Origin: Podarcis melisellensis
Lineage: Eukaryota
Assembly: GCA_964234715.1 (NCBI GenBank)
Contig: OZ174276.1
DNA: 64,000 nucleotides
Strand: one strand, 5' to 3'
The first letter of the stretch is position 1. Each line of letters opens with the position of its first letter. The position numbers and the translations under genes are program-made. The notes below the pieces were generated by a model. That model saw only the letters and a list, made by a program, of their open reading frames with translations, was not told the origin of the DNA and did no database searches. Below, in pieces: positions 23,921 through 38,286 of this stretch.

Positions 23921-26900
23921 AGACTCCCTAGACAAATTGGGTTGCTAGTAGCTGAATTCACATTGAGGCTTTAATTCCATATGTGAGTGCTACTTTTGTT
24001 TATTCAGTCATGGCCAGGGAGATTGCAACTTGAAAATTCAGGGCCAATATGTTAACATGTGTTAATTGGCTTTCTAATACCAGGATGTGTGTATTATCAA
24101 CGGCTATTTCGTGAATTACCACTATCAATTATGCAACTGATTATGTCACTGTACTTTCTGCCTTTCATGTTTTTCTTACTTCACCTCTGAGCTTTTTGTT
24201 TGTATGTACATCATAGATAACACAACTCTTTTCACTTTGAGGAAAAGGTGTACAAATCAACTATGTTGACAGCAGTGATATAGCCACTGTTCCAAGAATA
24301 AAAAGTGATATGTGAAATCTCTTGTTACTGTATTTCCATTCCAACATCTGCCAAGCCAACCCACTCCCATATCTCAGCTAGAAAGGACCTACACTTTAAA
24401 CATGAACAAAACTGATGGAACATTTCCCCCTCTTGTAGATTGTCTCCTTCCTTCCTTCTAGCTGGTTAATCAGTTAAAAGCTCATTTACAAGACAATAAC
24501 CTCTGATTTGCTATTCTTTAGTTTCCTAGAACAAGAAATGTTTGCAGGATATGTGATGTGGAAGCAAAGCGGAAATTGATAAAGGAATAGATTTATGTTA
24601 TACATAATATTATGTACATGCACATATGCTGCTGCATATTTCCTTGCCAGAAAACAGCGCTTGTTGTTTACACAGATGATAACCTCTAAAGACCAGAAAT
24701 TGTTTCATAATTGTACAATGAGTGGTTATCCTGGTTATTTTAATGTAGAAAACCAAGGCCCGGAAAAACAATTAGCCAATTCCCCAAGGTCAAATCTAAA
24801 ACCTTACAATTACCAAATGAGTACATTCTCCTCTGCTGTTTCTTGAAGAATGTAGTTGTGTGTGTGTGTATGTGCTTGTGAAGGAAGAGCAGTTGTTCCA
24901 GCCTTCTTTTAACTTTACTTTCTCCATAAGCTTTGATTTTTACCACACACAAACAGTAGCTGACTCTTGGACTACAGAATGAAGGCAGGGAGGAGTTTAA
25001 TGGTCAACTACTTTGCTCCCCACTACAGTAAAACACAATCCCACTTCAGCTAAAATCTAGAATTAGATAGTCAGGAATTTCTAAAGTAAGCCTTAAGTTT
25101 TGTAAATGCCAGTGCACAGCCTGCCTAGCTCAAGAAGTAAACCATATTTAAAATGCAAAACTTTACATGTATGCTCAGAAGTAAGCCTCACTGAGTTCAG
25201 TGGTGCTTACTTGCAGCTAAGATAGTCTGCAGCCTTATAAAACCAGGGACAGCTGGGATACTTATGGACAGCTAATGGTGAGAACAGTACTAGAAATGTG
25301 GGAGATTAAGATATCTTATTATTTTTGCAAAAGCTAGCTGAGACACAGCTGGCTCCTGTTTATTTTTGTCACTGGAAGACATCAAAGAAATGTTGAAATA
25401 AAAACATGTTGGTCATAGGTCTGGTTCTTGAACTCATGACTGATTAGAACAATGAACATCAACTTCCATAGTGCCTGGTATAAAAGAAGTATCTTCTCAG
25501 AGATAACAAGCGCTGTAGGAATTTTATAAATCTTGAGCAGCAACCTTTATTATCATTTCAGCTTGATTTTTCCTTACAAGACCAATTATCAAGAAGCATA
25601 CCTGAATTCATATCATTTATTTATCTGGACTGGATGGCCTAAAATTGGAAAAGGCCATTTAAACATTATTCTTAGTATATCTTTTTAGGTTTAGCTAAAC
25701 CAGTAATTCACCTCCAATGTTAAACTGCATCTGACAAGCTCAATCTTGTCACTAATAAGCCTTCATTAAAAAAAACCCTTTCATCATCTTTTTGCAGGTA
25801 CAATTCTCTAGGCAGGATGACTGTGACATAATGAAAACCAGGCAAAATGGGCACTGTGGTCAAGGAACCATGAAACAGCACTTGTTTGCCATATGTGTGT
25901 TATACCATGATGCTAGTCTTCATCTTCATGGGCAAAGAGCACAGCTGAATGCACAGAATCAGAGTTAATGACCAAAATATCATCATCCCAAACTACAACC
26001 CAACTGTAGTCCCAGTGTGCTAGAATTATATGTGTGATGTTTGCAGAGCAAGCATAACGCAAGCAAACAGAGCCAAGCCACACACTATGAGGTAAGACGG
26101 TGTCCCTAGTCAATCAGTGTATGTGTGTAATTGCTCTTTCCAAAGAACTGCCAAATGAACAATACAATAAATAAATGTATTTTATGCAGATGCCAGCTCA
26201 TTTCACATATAAGGGTTTGACTGGATCCACTCTTTACACTAAAAGGAATGGGCAGAGGAAGTTTGAAACCCACCCTCTTCCACCTTACCTAGCTTTGACC
26301 CACTTCCTGAAGCAATTTTCTTCTGGCATGGCTCACCTCTGGTATCAGAACAGGATTAAGGAAAGCTGTTTAAAGCAGTGGAGGGCAGCAAGGTAACACA
26401 TGGTAGGGGCCGTTTCTGCTGCCCACACTCTGTGCTCTTTTTTTCTGTAACAATAGGCCCCAGCCACCTTTTTATTTGCATAAAGGACAAACACTAGCAC
26501 AACTATTCCTTCATGTCTAATTTAGCCCTGAAGCCCCTGGTGAATATAAGCAAAATGGATAAAAGGATCAGTTTCCAAGGGGAAAGGACAACAGTGATGG
26601 TGGGTATTGATAGGATTCTTTGGCAAGCTCTGAATAACTTTAAATATTGAAAATATCAAAGCCAAGACTTCCTTGATACTTTTAAACAAGACTTTCATTC
26701 ACTCCCTTGGGACTTCTTGCCTGAGGGTATCAATTACACATAGCATCACACTCCTAAATGTTCTCACATGGTAGACATTAGTTTAATTTTTAACAACAAA
26801 ACAAGGATTAAATAACAGAATCAACTTTCTCAGTAAAGATGTCATGTGTTGTGCTCTCAATTCTGAAACCGTGCAGCTCAGCAAAACTGAAATTGTTTAA

Positions 26901-28321
26901 TTAACCACATCCTTTCCCTGTCTCCTCCCTTGGTTTAGCACTCAATGCTTCTGAAGCAACCAGATGGGACAGTTGGTAACACTGCCTGTTGGCCCTCTCC
27001 ATTCTTTTTGTCCCATAGTACAAAAGACACATGCTATTTTGAGACTTCAAAATATTTCTAAATGCTGGGATCCTGGTCCATATAGAGTGCAGCTATTAAA
27101 GTAATTGACATAAATTGGGATCAAACAATATGTTATATATAAATGTGTATAACTTAGTCTTTACAAACACTACCCCATGAGGTGAAAGCTACAAGTGGGG
27201 GCAGGAATTTTGAACAGGGTAATATAGTCAAGCACCCATTCTGATCTGTTGCTTCTCATTACCCCTTTCAGAAGCAGCTTTTATCCAAAAACAGCCCTTG
27301 AGCTACAGTTTGTATGTAATGTATATTTTGCAAAACAATTAAATTTAGTTGTTTTGAACAAGATGTAGAATAAACTGTCTCTGGACTGAGATTCAAGTAT
27401 TCAGGATATAGCTATAATTTCAAAAGTAAATTTAAATTACTGAGATGTAATAGGAACTTTGTAAATTGTAAGAATGCTCTCTCTGTGTGTGAATGTGTCT
27501 GTACACTCCACAGTGCTGAAAAATGGGTTGAATTTGAACAAGATATTTCATGCTCTTTAGATTGTTTTGCTTCTTTCTGAAAAGCAGCATAGGGAAGTCA
27601 GATAAGGAGAGTGTCCAGCATTATAGAATGGCATATGAAAAACAATCCAGAAAAGATGAGTGCCTTCTGGGTTTAATGATGATTTTCCATAAAGGCTTAA
27701 AAAAAATAGGCTCACGTTTTCATTCTCAAATCAGGTATGTAGGTATCAGTGTCTGCATCGGTTCATGGAAAGAAAACAATTGTGAGTCAGCTTCATCATT
27801 TCTGCTGTTAACTGTAGCAGGGAATCTGGTTAATTTCAGTGCCATAGGACTGGACAGGCTCTTCATCTAAGCCAGTATGCAAAATGATTCCATAGACTTA
27901 AAAATTCTAAATGACAAAGTAAAGAAGCAATTCTAGCACAACTAAAATTCAGCCCTTCCAAATTCCTAGGGACTCACTCTAGCTCTCTGTCACTAGTACA
28001 GGAACAGTCCAATATGCATGCATCACATTCACAGTCCAGGAGACAAGCAGCCGTGGTATTTTAAGATTAAATTGGCATAGGGGAGAGAACCAAAACCAAT
28101 AGAGACTCAGTGGGCTCAGTGTTTTCTTGTGCAATCTCTTCTAGTGTATGAGAATTTTGTTCCTCTAGCCTAGGCTGTATTTGTTTGAAAGTTTGTTAAA
28201 TCTGACATTAAGTGGCTTCCTGTGTATGCTGTTAACAGGAGGGTATTTTCTAATCTCAAACTCTAAAATTTAGCCTATTTGTCAAAGGAGGAACTGGAGC
28301 AAACTCCTCTACCCATCAGAA

Positions 28322-28433
28322 TTACTTGGAAGGAGTTGTCTGCATTTGTACATCTTCCTGTATTTTCTTCAAGGTATCAGCCATCAAGTTGCAAGCTTTC
28401 TTGTGCTTCTGCCAGTGCTGTACCTGACACTCT
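28322..28433 (-). CDS. ZMYND10: ZMYND10 coding exon 12 (end of MYND finger, stop)
   Basis: ECQVQHWQKHKKACNLMADTLKKIQEDVQMQTTPSK*; CAG acceptor; TAA stop. Confidence 0.93.
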
Positions 28434-29011
28434 CTGCAAAGGGGAGAGTGAAAAAAGAAAGGATTTTAGAAAAAAATAATAGGTAGCTCAGGAGTCAGAA
28501 TGGAATATGGATATATAAATTTGTTAACTGCAAGATTGAAGCCTCCCTGATACCTTTAGCAGATTGCCATTCTACTTGAGGTACTGCCTCTTGATTTCTG
28601 TGATCTCCTTTGTGGAATTTTAGTAAACTGAAATGTTCATTATTGTCTTTTGTTATTTTAATTTTGTTTGTATGGGTATACCAGTATGAACTTGAGAAAA
28701 GTTGTACTGTATATGTCTTAAAACAGTATTTTGCCTCGAGTGTTTATATCACGCAGTGATTAAAAATCTATATTTAAACAGTGATTTGGATGCGGAAACT
28801 GGAATTGGTGTTGTATAAACTATATACTGTAAAACAAGTTCACTTTGGAGTGGGGCACCAATTTGTGATTTTTACCCACATATTTGAGAGTGGGACACTG
28901 ATTTGTGCTTTCTTACCCACATATGGATAAACAGGAATTCTATTATCCCCTATATATCCTTCTGTAGCCAGCACAATGTGTATTTTTGCTTTCTATATTT
29001 TTAAAGAAAGT

Positions 29012-29268
29012 ATAGCATTGTGGCTAAAAGTACATGCTATGATGAGTTTATTAGTCCTGGATTCAAATCTCTCATCAGCTTTAAACTCTCTGGATAGCCT
29101 TAAACAAGCTACTATTGCTCAGCTTCTCATCTTCATATGCAATATGTAAATAATAATACTGTCCATAGCTTACAAGGTTGTTGGGAAAAACAACTTGGAT
29201 AATATCATGAAAAGTGCTTTGGGTTCTTAGGAAAAAGCACTATATAAATTTCAAGTTTTAATATTACT
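29012..29268 (+). mobile_element. MIR/Ther1-like CORE-SINE, old
   Basis: tRNA-like head (ggattcaaatc), CORE-like middle, L2-like tail (aaaagtgctttg...gcactatataaat). Confidence 0.6.
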
Positions 29269-30258
29269 AATAATTCTTCCCCTATTTTGCTTTATGGACA
29301 AAACTGGCTGGGGGAAATCCAATGCAGATTCATACAGAATAATTTCCTCCATCTGAGCTGTGTTTTCCACTAACCCTTGTTTGGAAATTAAGTGTCAGAG
29401 CAATGAGAGGTAACCTTGAAATATGACATCGAGAAAAACGTATCTTTTGACTCAGTTAAGAAAGCAAAGGGCAGCCTCAGTCTGCACAACTCCTCTTTAT
29501 AATGGGCATGAATGATACACATGAGAGTTGCTATGGTATATTGCAAGAGGTTTGATCAGCCCTATAAGATGTGAGGAATGGTTAGCTCATGTCATTTAGG
29601 ATATGCCTAATCTAATGACTGTCTTATTGTTAAAGGTCTATTAGATAAGAGAGAGTGGATATAAAATGAGGAACGTCAAAGCATGGATCTGAAATATATT
29701 TCATATAATTTCATATATTTCTGTAAGGAAAACAGAACTGCAATGGAGGGATATTCCTCTAATGGAAGTTTAAGAGTCTGCACTGTGGACTCAGTAGAAG
29801 TAGTAAAATACCTCAGAATAGCAAATGTCTGCTAAAGAAAGATTGTTTGAGATAGTCAGTGTTCCTATTAATAAGATTAATCAAGGCTATAAGAAAAAAG
29901 TTTATTTAATTTTGGAACTATGATTTAAAGATTGATTAATACTGTGTATTTTTTGCATAAGAAAATGCTTACAAAGGAAGATGCAAAGACTCATATGGAA
30001 CAGTATAATCACTAAGTTGCAGAGCTCAGATTGCAGTAATGTTAGTAAATACTACTAGATTTCACAACAAATGTGCCAGAAAAGCAAGATTGTAGTCTAG
30101 GTAAAATCCAGTAAGGTGTCCTATAGTATTCAAAACACAGGCTTTAAAATGAATGGCTTTTGCTCTGAGGGGTATCTCTGAAGCTTTTGCCTACATATGA
30201 GCTACCAAAAAAAAGGGGTCAGTATAGCACAGCAACTGTCTTATGTTAGGTGTACTTA

Positions 30259-30390
<132 letters not shown>

Positions 30391-30577
30391 TTAAGACAGA
30401 AAGCAGGCTTCAGAAAGTCCTTCAAGCAACAGCAGATAATTCCAACAGTTACTTAGTCTTTGTCATCTGCAACAGGATAGAGCCTTTACATCCAAGACTG
30501 ATATCACATTCAGCGGAATGTCAAGTGGTATTGTAAGGTGGGTGATAGCTAGTTGAATTTAGTGCAATATGAGAACA

Positions 30578-30581
30578 AAAA

Positions 30582-30620
<39 letters not shown>

Positions 30621-30621
30621 A
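30578..30621. repeat. (AAAT)n microsatellite
   Basis: Direct observation. Confidence 0.95.
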
Positions 30622-31209
30622 TGGATTCACAATGTTGATTTAAAACAGTGTTATAAATACTTCATACAACTGCAGGCTGGACACACAATGACATCACCAC
30701 ATAATGGAAAAGCCTCTTCCCAAAGACTTCCTTACACCTGGAGGACAGAACTAGAATTCAGACACTAGCAAGTTAGAGATAATTAGAAATACTTAAACAC
30801 ATTCAGAAATAAAATGAAATAAATTTAGGAAAGTTTTGATGGATCATACTTGTGGACCCATTTCCTAATTCTAATAAAGCTTTCTTGCGCTTTGGACACT
30901 GCTTACTGAAAAAGGCAATATAAAAGATAACTATAACACAGTCCTAGAGCAACAATACTTAGATGTGGTGCCTGGGTCCCGTAAGGTGAGTATGTGGCAG
31001 GGAGCCAAATCCCTTTGGCAAAAAACCAAATCTGACTCAGAAGTGCTTCACATGATCTGCTATGGCCTGTTAACATGCAAGAGGCTTTTATAGGTTTGAA
31101 CTCCAGCTGTTTTTGCTTTGGTTTCCTTGGATGATGCACAGCTTAAATTCCTGTTTGGCAACTCCAAAGGCCTGAATACCCACCTGAGGTGGATGTAAGT
31201 TCTGAACAA

Positions 31210-31587
31210 GGACACGGGTGGCACTGTGGTCTAAACCACTGAGCCTCTTGGGCTTGCCAATCAGAAGGTCAGCAGTTTGAATCAGCACAGCGACGGGGTG
31301 AGCTTCTGTTGCTTTGTCCTAGCTTCTGCCAACCTAGCAGTTCGAAAACATACCAGTGCAAGTAGATAAAGAGGTACCGCTGTGGCAGGAAGGTAAGTGG
31401 CATTTCCGTGTGCTCTGGCTTCCGTCATGGTGTTCCATTGCGCCAGAAGCGGTTTAGTCATGCTGGCTGCATAACCCGGAAAGCTGTCTGTGGACAAACT
31501 CTGGCTCCTTTGGCCTGAAAGCGAGATGAGTGCCGCACCCCATAGTTGCCTTTGACTGGACTTAAGCGTCCAGGGGTCCTTTACCTT
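31210..31587 (+). mobile_element. Sauria (Squam1) SINE, full length
   Basis: tRNA-like head, ctttacctt tail, 14-bp TSD taagttctgaacaa (31196-31209 and 31588-31601). Confidence 0.92.
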
Positions 31588-31876
31588 TAAGTTCTGAACA
31601 ACTCCAAACCGACCACTCAATCAAAAGGACGCTTTCTTCATGACATTATGTTACATGAATATAAGTTAATGTGTGAAGAGGCCAAAGACTTTCTAATTTT
31701 ACTATAGGAAGTCAAATTTCACCCAGAGGTTCCTAAACCTAGTTGAATTGGGAAAACTGAATGTTTGTTATTCAGCATGTGAGTTATCAGATTCTGTGCA
31801 TCCAGCTGGCTAAAATAAAGACTCACCATAACATAAGCTTTGATATAGTATGAATCTGAGCATAGTAAAATTTTAC

Positions 31877-31998
31877 CTGCAAGCCTGGCTTTTCAGTTCC
31901 TCCTCTGAAGGGCTAAACATGTTGTTTACCTGGTGCTTGGCAATTGCTTGCCATTTTCCAGAGTTCTTACTGACAATGTTTTCCCATATTACAGGAAC
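31877..31998 (-). CDS. ZMYND10: ZMYND10 coding exon 10
   Basis: [40 protein letters not shown]; canonical splice sites. Confidence 0.95.
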
Positions 31999-33191
31999 CT
32001 GTTAGGACAGCGAAAGAAAGAAAGGTGAATCCATCTAAAGCAAGGGATTCGAGAGCAGTAACAATTCCTGAAGCTCAGTAGAGTGCAAGCACATTTGGAA
32101 GCGATAAGCATCTATTTATATAAAAGAAAAAAGCAGGATTTCTGTCTAGGTTTAACTGATTAAAGGGAAAGTCTAACAATAGAGTTGAATGGGGAGACTT
32201 CTGAAGGAATATTGAACAGTTTTATGTAACAGTGGACAAACGCCAAATAGAAGAAATTTCAGTATAATTCTTTTAAGAAATTGCAGCCTCTTCTAGACAG
32301 ATTTGAATTAAGCTTAACAGCATGAGCAATTCCTGGCCTGCTTGTCCTCTACCTATTTGTTTTTTTTAATAAAAAAAATTTCTGTTTGATTATCTCCCAA
32401 ATCCTTGCTTCCCCATGCTAGAATCCGCTTTACTGCTAGGGCACAACTAGCATTCAGTTTCCTGCATGTTGGTTACATGAACTAGAAATGAGGGAAGTCT
32501 TGCTTAGAAAAGAAGCATTGATGGAAAAAACAGACTTGTTCCATTTAGCTATTAAACTCTCTCTGTGTGTATCTGATGTTGTTATTATTTTGGAGGGGAG
32601 TGAACCCTGTCTGTCCCACTGACAATTACATATTTATAATATAATTTGTAGTGTTCAGGTCTTCAGAAAATACAATACGAGAACGCTCCAGGATTCAGTA
32701 GGAGGCCCCAAATACTATAATTGAGGCATGAGCCTAGAATGTGGAACTACCGGTAGTAGTTTTCAAAAAATCTGCCACATGGCTAAAAGCTTACTTAAAA
32801 TAGAACTTTCTGTAATCTGTCAGTTCCCTGAAAAGAAACACCCAGGCGTGGGCTTTCAAATATGAGAGAAAAATCTGGCAAAGGGCAAGTGTGATGAAGT
32901 TCAGCTTTACAGGAAAAGCTGATGTTTCAATAGAGTTGATGCCCCTATCGAGTAAAAATAGCAGTGCAGGGACTGAGAGTCAAAGACTGCTCTGTGGAGA
33001 GACGGAGATGGAAAAAAGCCTCTTCATTATTGCTTGGCATAAAGACAGTGGGTGAGTTCATGGCTCATTGGGAAGTTTGCCTTGCCAGGGTGTGTACAGC
33101 ATAGCTGCAGTCCCATCCACCCCCGCCACCACCAAAAGTCTCTCAGAATGCCAATTCTCAGTTACTGGTACCAATGTAAACTAAGAAGGGC

Positions 33192-33613
33192 AGGGCTGTA
33201 GCTCATTGGTAGAGCATTTGCTTTGCATGCAGAAGGTCACAGGCTCAACTCCCAGCATCTCCAGGATAGGGCTGGAAAAGCTTTTCTGCCTGAAACCCTG
33301 AAGAGCTGCTGCCAATCAGTGTAGACAGCACTGAGCTAAGTGGGCCAATGGTGTGACTAAGTACAGTGGTACCTCAGGTTAAGTACTTAATTCGTTCTGG
33401 AGGTCCGTCCTTAACCTGAAACTGTTCTTAACCTGAAGCACCATTTTAGCTAATGGGGCCTCCTGCTGCTGCCGTGCCGCCGGAGCCCGATTTCTGTTCT
33501 CATCCTGAAGCAAAGTTCTTAACCTGAAGCACTATTTCTGGGTTAGCGGAGTCTGTAACCTGAAGCGTATGTAACCTGAGGTACCACTGTATAAGGTAGC
33601 TTCCTATGTTCCT
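33192..33613 (+). mobile_element. tRNA-derived squamate SINE (Squam2-like) interrupted by a MITE
   Basis: Head gggctgtagctcattggtagagc; tail taaggtagcttcctatgttcct resumes after the MITE. Confidence 0.75.
33364..33589. mobile_element. Tc1/mariner (Tigger-like) MITE nested in SINE
   Basis: TIR CAGTGGTACCTCAGGTTA, TA TSD. Confidence 0.9.
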
Positions 33614-34269
33614 GAGAACCAGTAGACTAGAACTGCTCAATAATTAAGAATTTAGACACAAGCACACTGGATTCATCTTTTCTGGGATCCATTGCACACC
33701 TTTATATTCTTGAGGAGTAACTTCACATGCTTTCATGCTCTCTTTTTCTGTGGCTTTCTCCTAGATTAATTTCCTACATGTTTGCCTATTTAGAATAATG
33801 TTACCTGCTGACTATCAATATCCTTGCTTAAGGAATTTCTATGCTCAAATGCTGTAATTCTGATGATGTTAAAACAATCCTGTTCCTAAATTCATATCTG
33901 CCTTTAACATTTGATTGCTCTTAAGTTATCCTTAGAATAAACTCCAATGCCAAATCATCTAATTCCAGAGCTCTCTAAATATGACTTTTTATTTTGCTGC
34001 TGTGTATGTAGATGGGTTTTTCTGTGTGCAGCAAACCTTGTCTGAACTGTATGCAGCTAACATAAAACAAAGTTAAGTAGTATAGTTTTTCTTGCATTTC
34101 TCTTTTCAGCATAGGAGTTCCACATGACCATGCCTGGGGCTGAACCTTTATTATACTGGATTGGTATATTTCACCTAATCAATCTGCAACATACTTTGGG
34201 ATTGGTAAACGCTACAGTCAAACTTGTTGGAAACCATCAACATGAAAATATGAAAATACAAACAGTATA

Positions 34270-34560
34270 GAAGTATGCTGCTAAGGCAAACACAGAAACC
34301 TTATATGTTGTGTATTTATCCCCATCCATCAACAAATAACAGTTTTTCTTAATATTCAAAAAGGAAACTCTCTGAATAATTCCTTTAATAAATCTATCTC
34401 TGGGAGAATTATGAAGAGAGCAACAGAGCACATAATGAACAATGTTTTCCACACCTTCCTTGCCACAGATACACAAACAATAAATGACAAGTATTGTGGC
34501 ATATTTTCCATTCAAATATGTTGTGGGCATAAATCTGAAATATCAAAGCTGCAAATGCTT
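34270..34560 (-). mobile_element. LINE ORF2 C-terminal remnant (CCHC-like region, RTE-X/Rex-like)
   Basis: ORF text CLCICGKEGVENIVHYVLCCSLHNSPRDRFI resembles the C-terminal Cys/His motif of non-LTR reverse transcriptases; family assignment is from memory. Confidence 0.55.
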
Positions 34561-34562
34561 TA

Positions 34563-34766
<204 letters not shown>

Positions 34767-36043
34767 CTAAACAAATGATCACAAGATTTTAAGAAACGTT
34801 AAGAATAAGCCATATGCTGAGTAAAACCATGAACAACTGACACCTCTATACTTTCTCTCTCAGATCTGTCTCAGATCTCAGAGCTGGTTAAGTAAAACAA
34901 TGCATTTCAAATTACCCAATCTCCACTGCTCAACAAAAAACTGGAAGCAACAATACAAGGAGGCAGAAATTTGCTACACTTGGAACAGCAAGGAGGCCAT
35001 CGGTTGCAACTATTATAATTACTGCAAAGATATACACAAGTAGCCCTCCAGCTCCAATATTAAGCAGATGCGAGGGAACCACCAGAAGGCCCTTGGAGCT
35101 AGATCTCAGTGTCTAGGCTGAAGGATGGGGTGGAGACACTCCTTCAGGTATACAAGACTGAGGCTGCTTAGGGCTTTAAAAGTCCATACCAATATAATTT
35201 CTATACAGAATGCAGTACCAGTGTCCTAAGCAAATTTATCTTCTTACTCTTCAACTGATTTTTTAAAACCCACTCTTTGCCTAAAAAGGCTCTGAAAGTG
35301 ACTTACAGATCACTAAAAAGAAGGAAAATATGTGGGAGGATGAAACAAACTAAGTTACAAGTTTTTGTAATGATCAGCCAGGGTGGAAATGTTCAAGGAA
35401 AGAAGGCATCAAAAGTTGCTGGTCTCTCAGCTGCATGGATGGAGTGGCCCTGCATCCTCTGTTGCAGCAGATGGAATGTGATGGAATAACAACAACAACA
35501 ACAACAACAAAATTTGTATACCACCCTTCATCCAAAGATCACAGGGCTGTTCACAATAAAATCAAAATGATAACACAAAATACATAATAAAACAAAAACA
35601 AAGCAATATCCCCCCAACACATGCAAAAGGCAGTGTTGTAACAAAATTTGTGTGTCACCAAATTCTCAATATTTTTAGATAATAAAGGCAATTAAATTTA
35701 CCAAACAAAAGCTACCACATACTGTTAGAAGAAAAGGGCATTTTCAATGTTTCCTTTAGAACAAAAACATCCCACTCCCAAAATAAATGTCCCACAGATA
35801 AAATTTGCCCTCTGTTGACTAATTAATTTAAAATTAACTAATATTAATTTGCCAGTTAGCTCAATTAAGGCCTGTAGGCCCTACTTTACTCCCAGTTGTG
35901 ATGGATTAGCTGATGAAAAATCAATAATTTTTAATCCTGGTTCCTGCTACATTGTTTAAAGCTAGAATAGTATATCTAAATATGCCAGACTAAACATTAT
36001 GAGAATCATGCACTTGCAGTCTGTGTCCTCTGTAGTCCTGTAC

Positions 36044-36216
36044 CTTCAGGAGCTGGCCTTTGTTAAAATTATTGAAGTTGTACTTGCGCTGACATTCTGA
36101 GCTAAGGAGCAGGTTATAGAGAGCAATCCAGACTTGCCCATCCAACTTAGTCATCTTCACATGGTCTTCATAGGGCACCTCATACCATGCACCATTCTCA
36201 TACTTTTTCAGCTTCC
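36044..36216 (-). CDS. ZMYND10: ZMYND10 coding exon 8
   Basis: KLKKYENGAWYEVPYEDHVKMTKLDGQVWIALYNLLLSSECQRKYNFNNFNKGQLLK. Confidence 0.96.
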
Positions 36217-37322
36217 CTGGGGAAAATGATAAATAGTGATAATAAAAAAGGACATTTTTTAAATCACAAGTAACATTTAAATATGATAAATATAGATCTA
36301 GTAGGCAAAAATCTCCAGGCCAAGATGGATGAAAAGCTGTTTATGCAAATATGACTGAAACTTTGGGGGTGGGAGGAGTGCATAATTTGCACACTTCCTT
36401 ATGTCCAGTTTGTTTCTTTATCCCTTCATTTAGTCCTTCAGGAGCATAATGAGCAGGCTGTTTTTCTGGTCCTGGAACCCTATTAGGACAGCAAGAAGCC
36501 TCTCTATTAGGGTTCTTTTTGCAGAACTGAAGCTACAGAATTATATTTCCTTAACCATGGTTTGCATCTGTCTGTCTCAGGAGACAATGGAAGAGTGAGC
36601 CTTCAAGAGTAAAGTCAATCTGTTGGAGATTTACAGAGCCTGCCATGGCTGCAGAGACCAACGCAGGAGAGACATGTTTTGTTGTAGCTGGGGCAGATGA
36701 AGGTGTCTGGTTGTGCTGCTACAGCTACACCATGAGATTTCTTCTAAATCAGTACCCTAGTGGTATCCTTATACATCTCTTGTACATACATGCTTCCTTC
36801 TATCATGACTGTGGTCTACTGCCTGGTTAGCTGAATATTCAGATGATTGTCTGCTTCTTGGAATGACAGACTGAGGTGCCTGCTCATAGATACACAAGGG
36901 TGAGTAGGCACCCTAGCTTGTTCAGTGAACTGTCACATTTGTTCTCCACAGTTCTACTTATCTTTAGAGGTGGAAAAAGCAGTACAGGAACAGAAAGGGA
37001 CAACAAGAAATAGCTAGGTTCAAATAAAAAGGAAACAAACAAAGAAACTAAAACAGAGGGGCTATGGTAAGGATAGTTTTGAATTTCCACAACTGGTTAC
37101 AGAGCATGGGTTGAGGTGCAGCCTGTACCGTATATTAATTACAAAAAATGATGAATCATGCAAAAATTAGTTGAAGACATAGCCATCAGAAGTAATGGAT
37201 GATACTGGGCAGAAGAGCTATAAAAGGGGAACCCTGAGTTTTATGGAGAAGAGTGTTAGTCTATCCTGATGTTCCAGTCTCAATTTACAAACAACAGAGG
37301 ACCCAACCAAGAGGAACCCTTA

Positions 37323-37577
<255 letters not shown>

Positions 37578-38197
37578 TCAAGGTTCACAAAACTAAAATT
37601 AATATGAAAAATTTAAGTGACAAAAATTAAGACCTCAGTTGATAATCATGCTAGGATGCTTACAGTGAATCATCAGCAGTGAAGAATACACACCAGCAAG
37701 CAGTGCTAAAATCCTATCACCATACTTATAGCAAAACTAATATACTCCAACACTTCAGTGAGTAATACTGTGATTAACAGCACTACACAATGAACATATA
37801 TAAATGTTTACTCCTATTCAGGTAAGGATGTCATCAAGACTTCAATGGTTGTATTCATAGCAATTTAAGTCAATATTCAACTTAAATAAAAATTCAGCTT
37901 CTCATTATATTACAAGTTATGAACTAACCCATAGGTACCAGCTCCCTGGGGCCCTGGGTGCCCGAGCACCCACAAAATTCCCCATGAAGGGACTGGGCAC
38001 CCACAAAATTTGGTGCCAGGGCCATGCACACTGCATGGCACGCACAGCCCCAGGCACCCATGGAGCCAAGGTGGCACTCCTGAACTAACCTATAAATGAA
38101 CCTTCCAAAATTGAAACTAGCAGACATGGGAATATAGAAAATCTTTACTCCTTCTCCCAGGCGTTTACCTCAGTTCTTCCATGAAAACTGAACATAC

Positions 38198-38286
38198 CTC
38201 TCTAGTAGACCGGTAATGAAACGGAACACAGAAAGCGCTTTCAGTGAGATCTCAAACTCCATCTCCTCAGCTTGTTTCTTTAGTTC
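38198..38286 (-). CDS. ZMYND10: ZMYND10 coding exon 6
   Basis: ELKKQAEEMEFEISLKALSVFRFITGLLE; CAG/GTATGT boundaries. Confidence 0.95.

Noticed and set aside
33192-33265. tRNA-like sequence with A and B boxes
   Set aside because: Degenerate and continues into a SINE body and tail; it is a SINE head, not a tRNA gene
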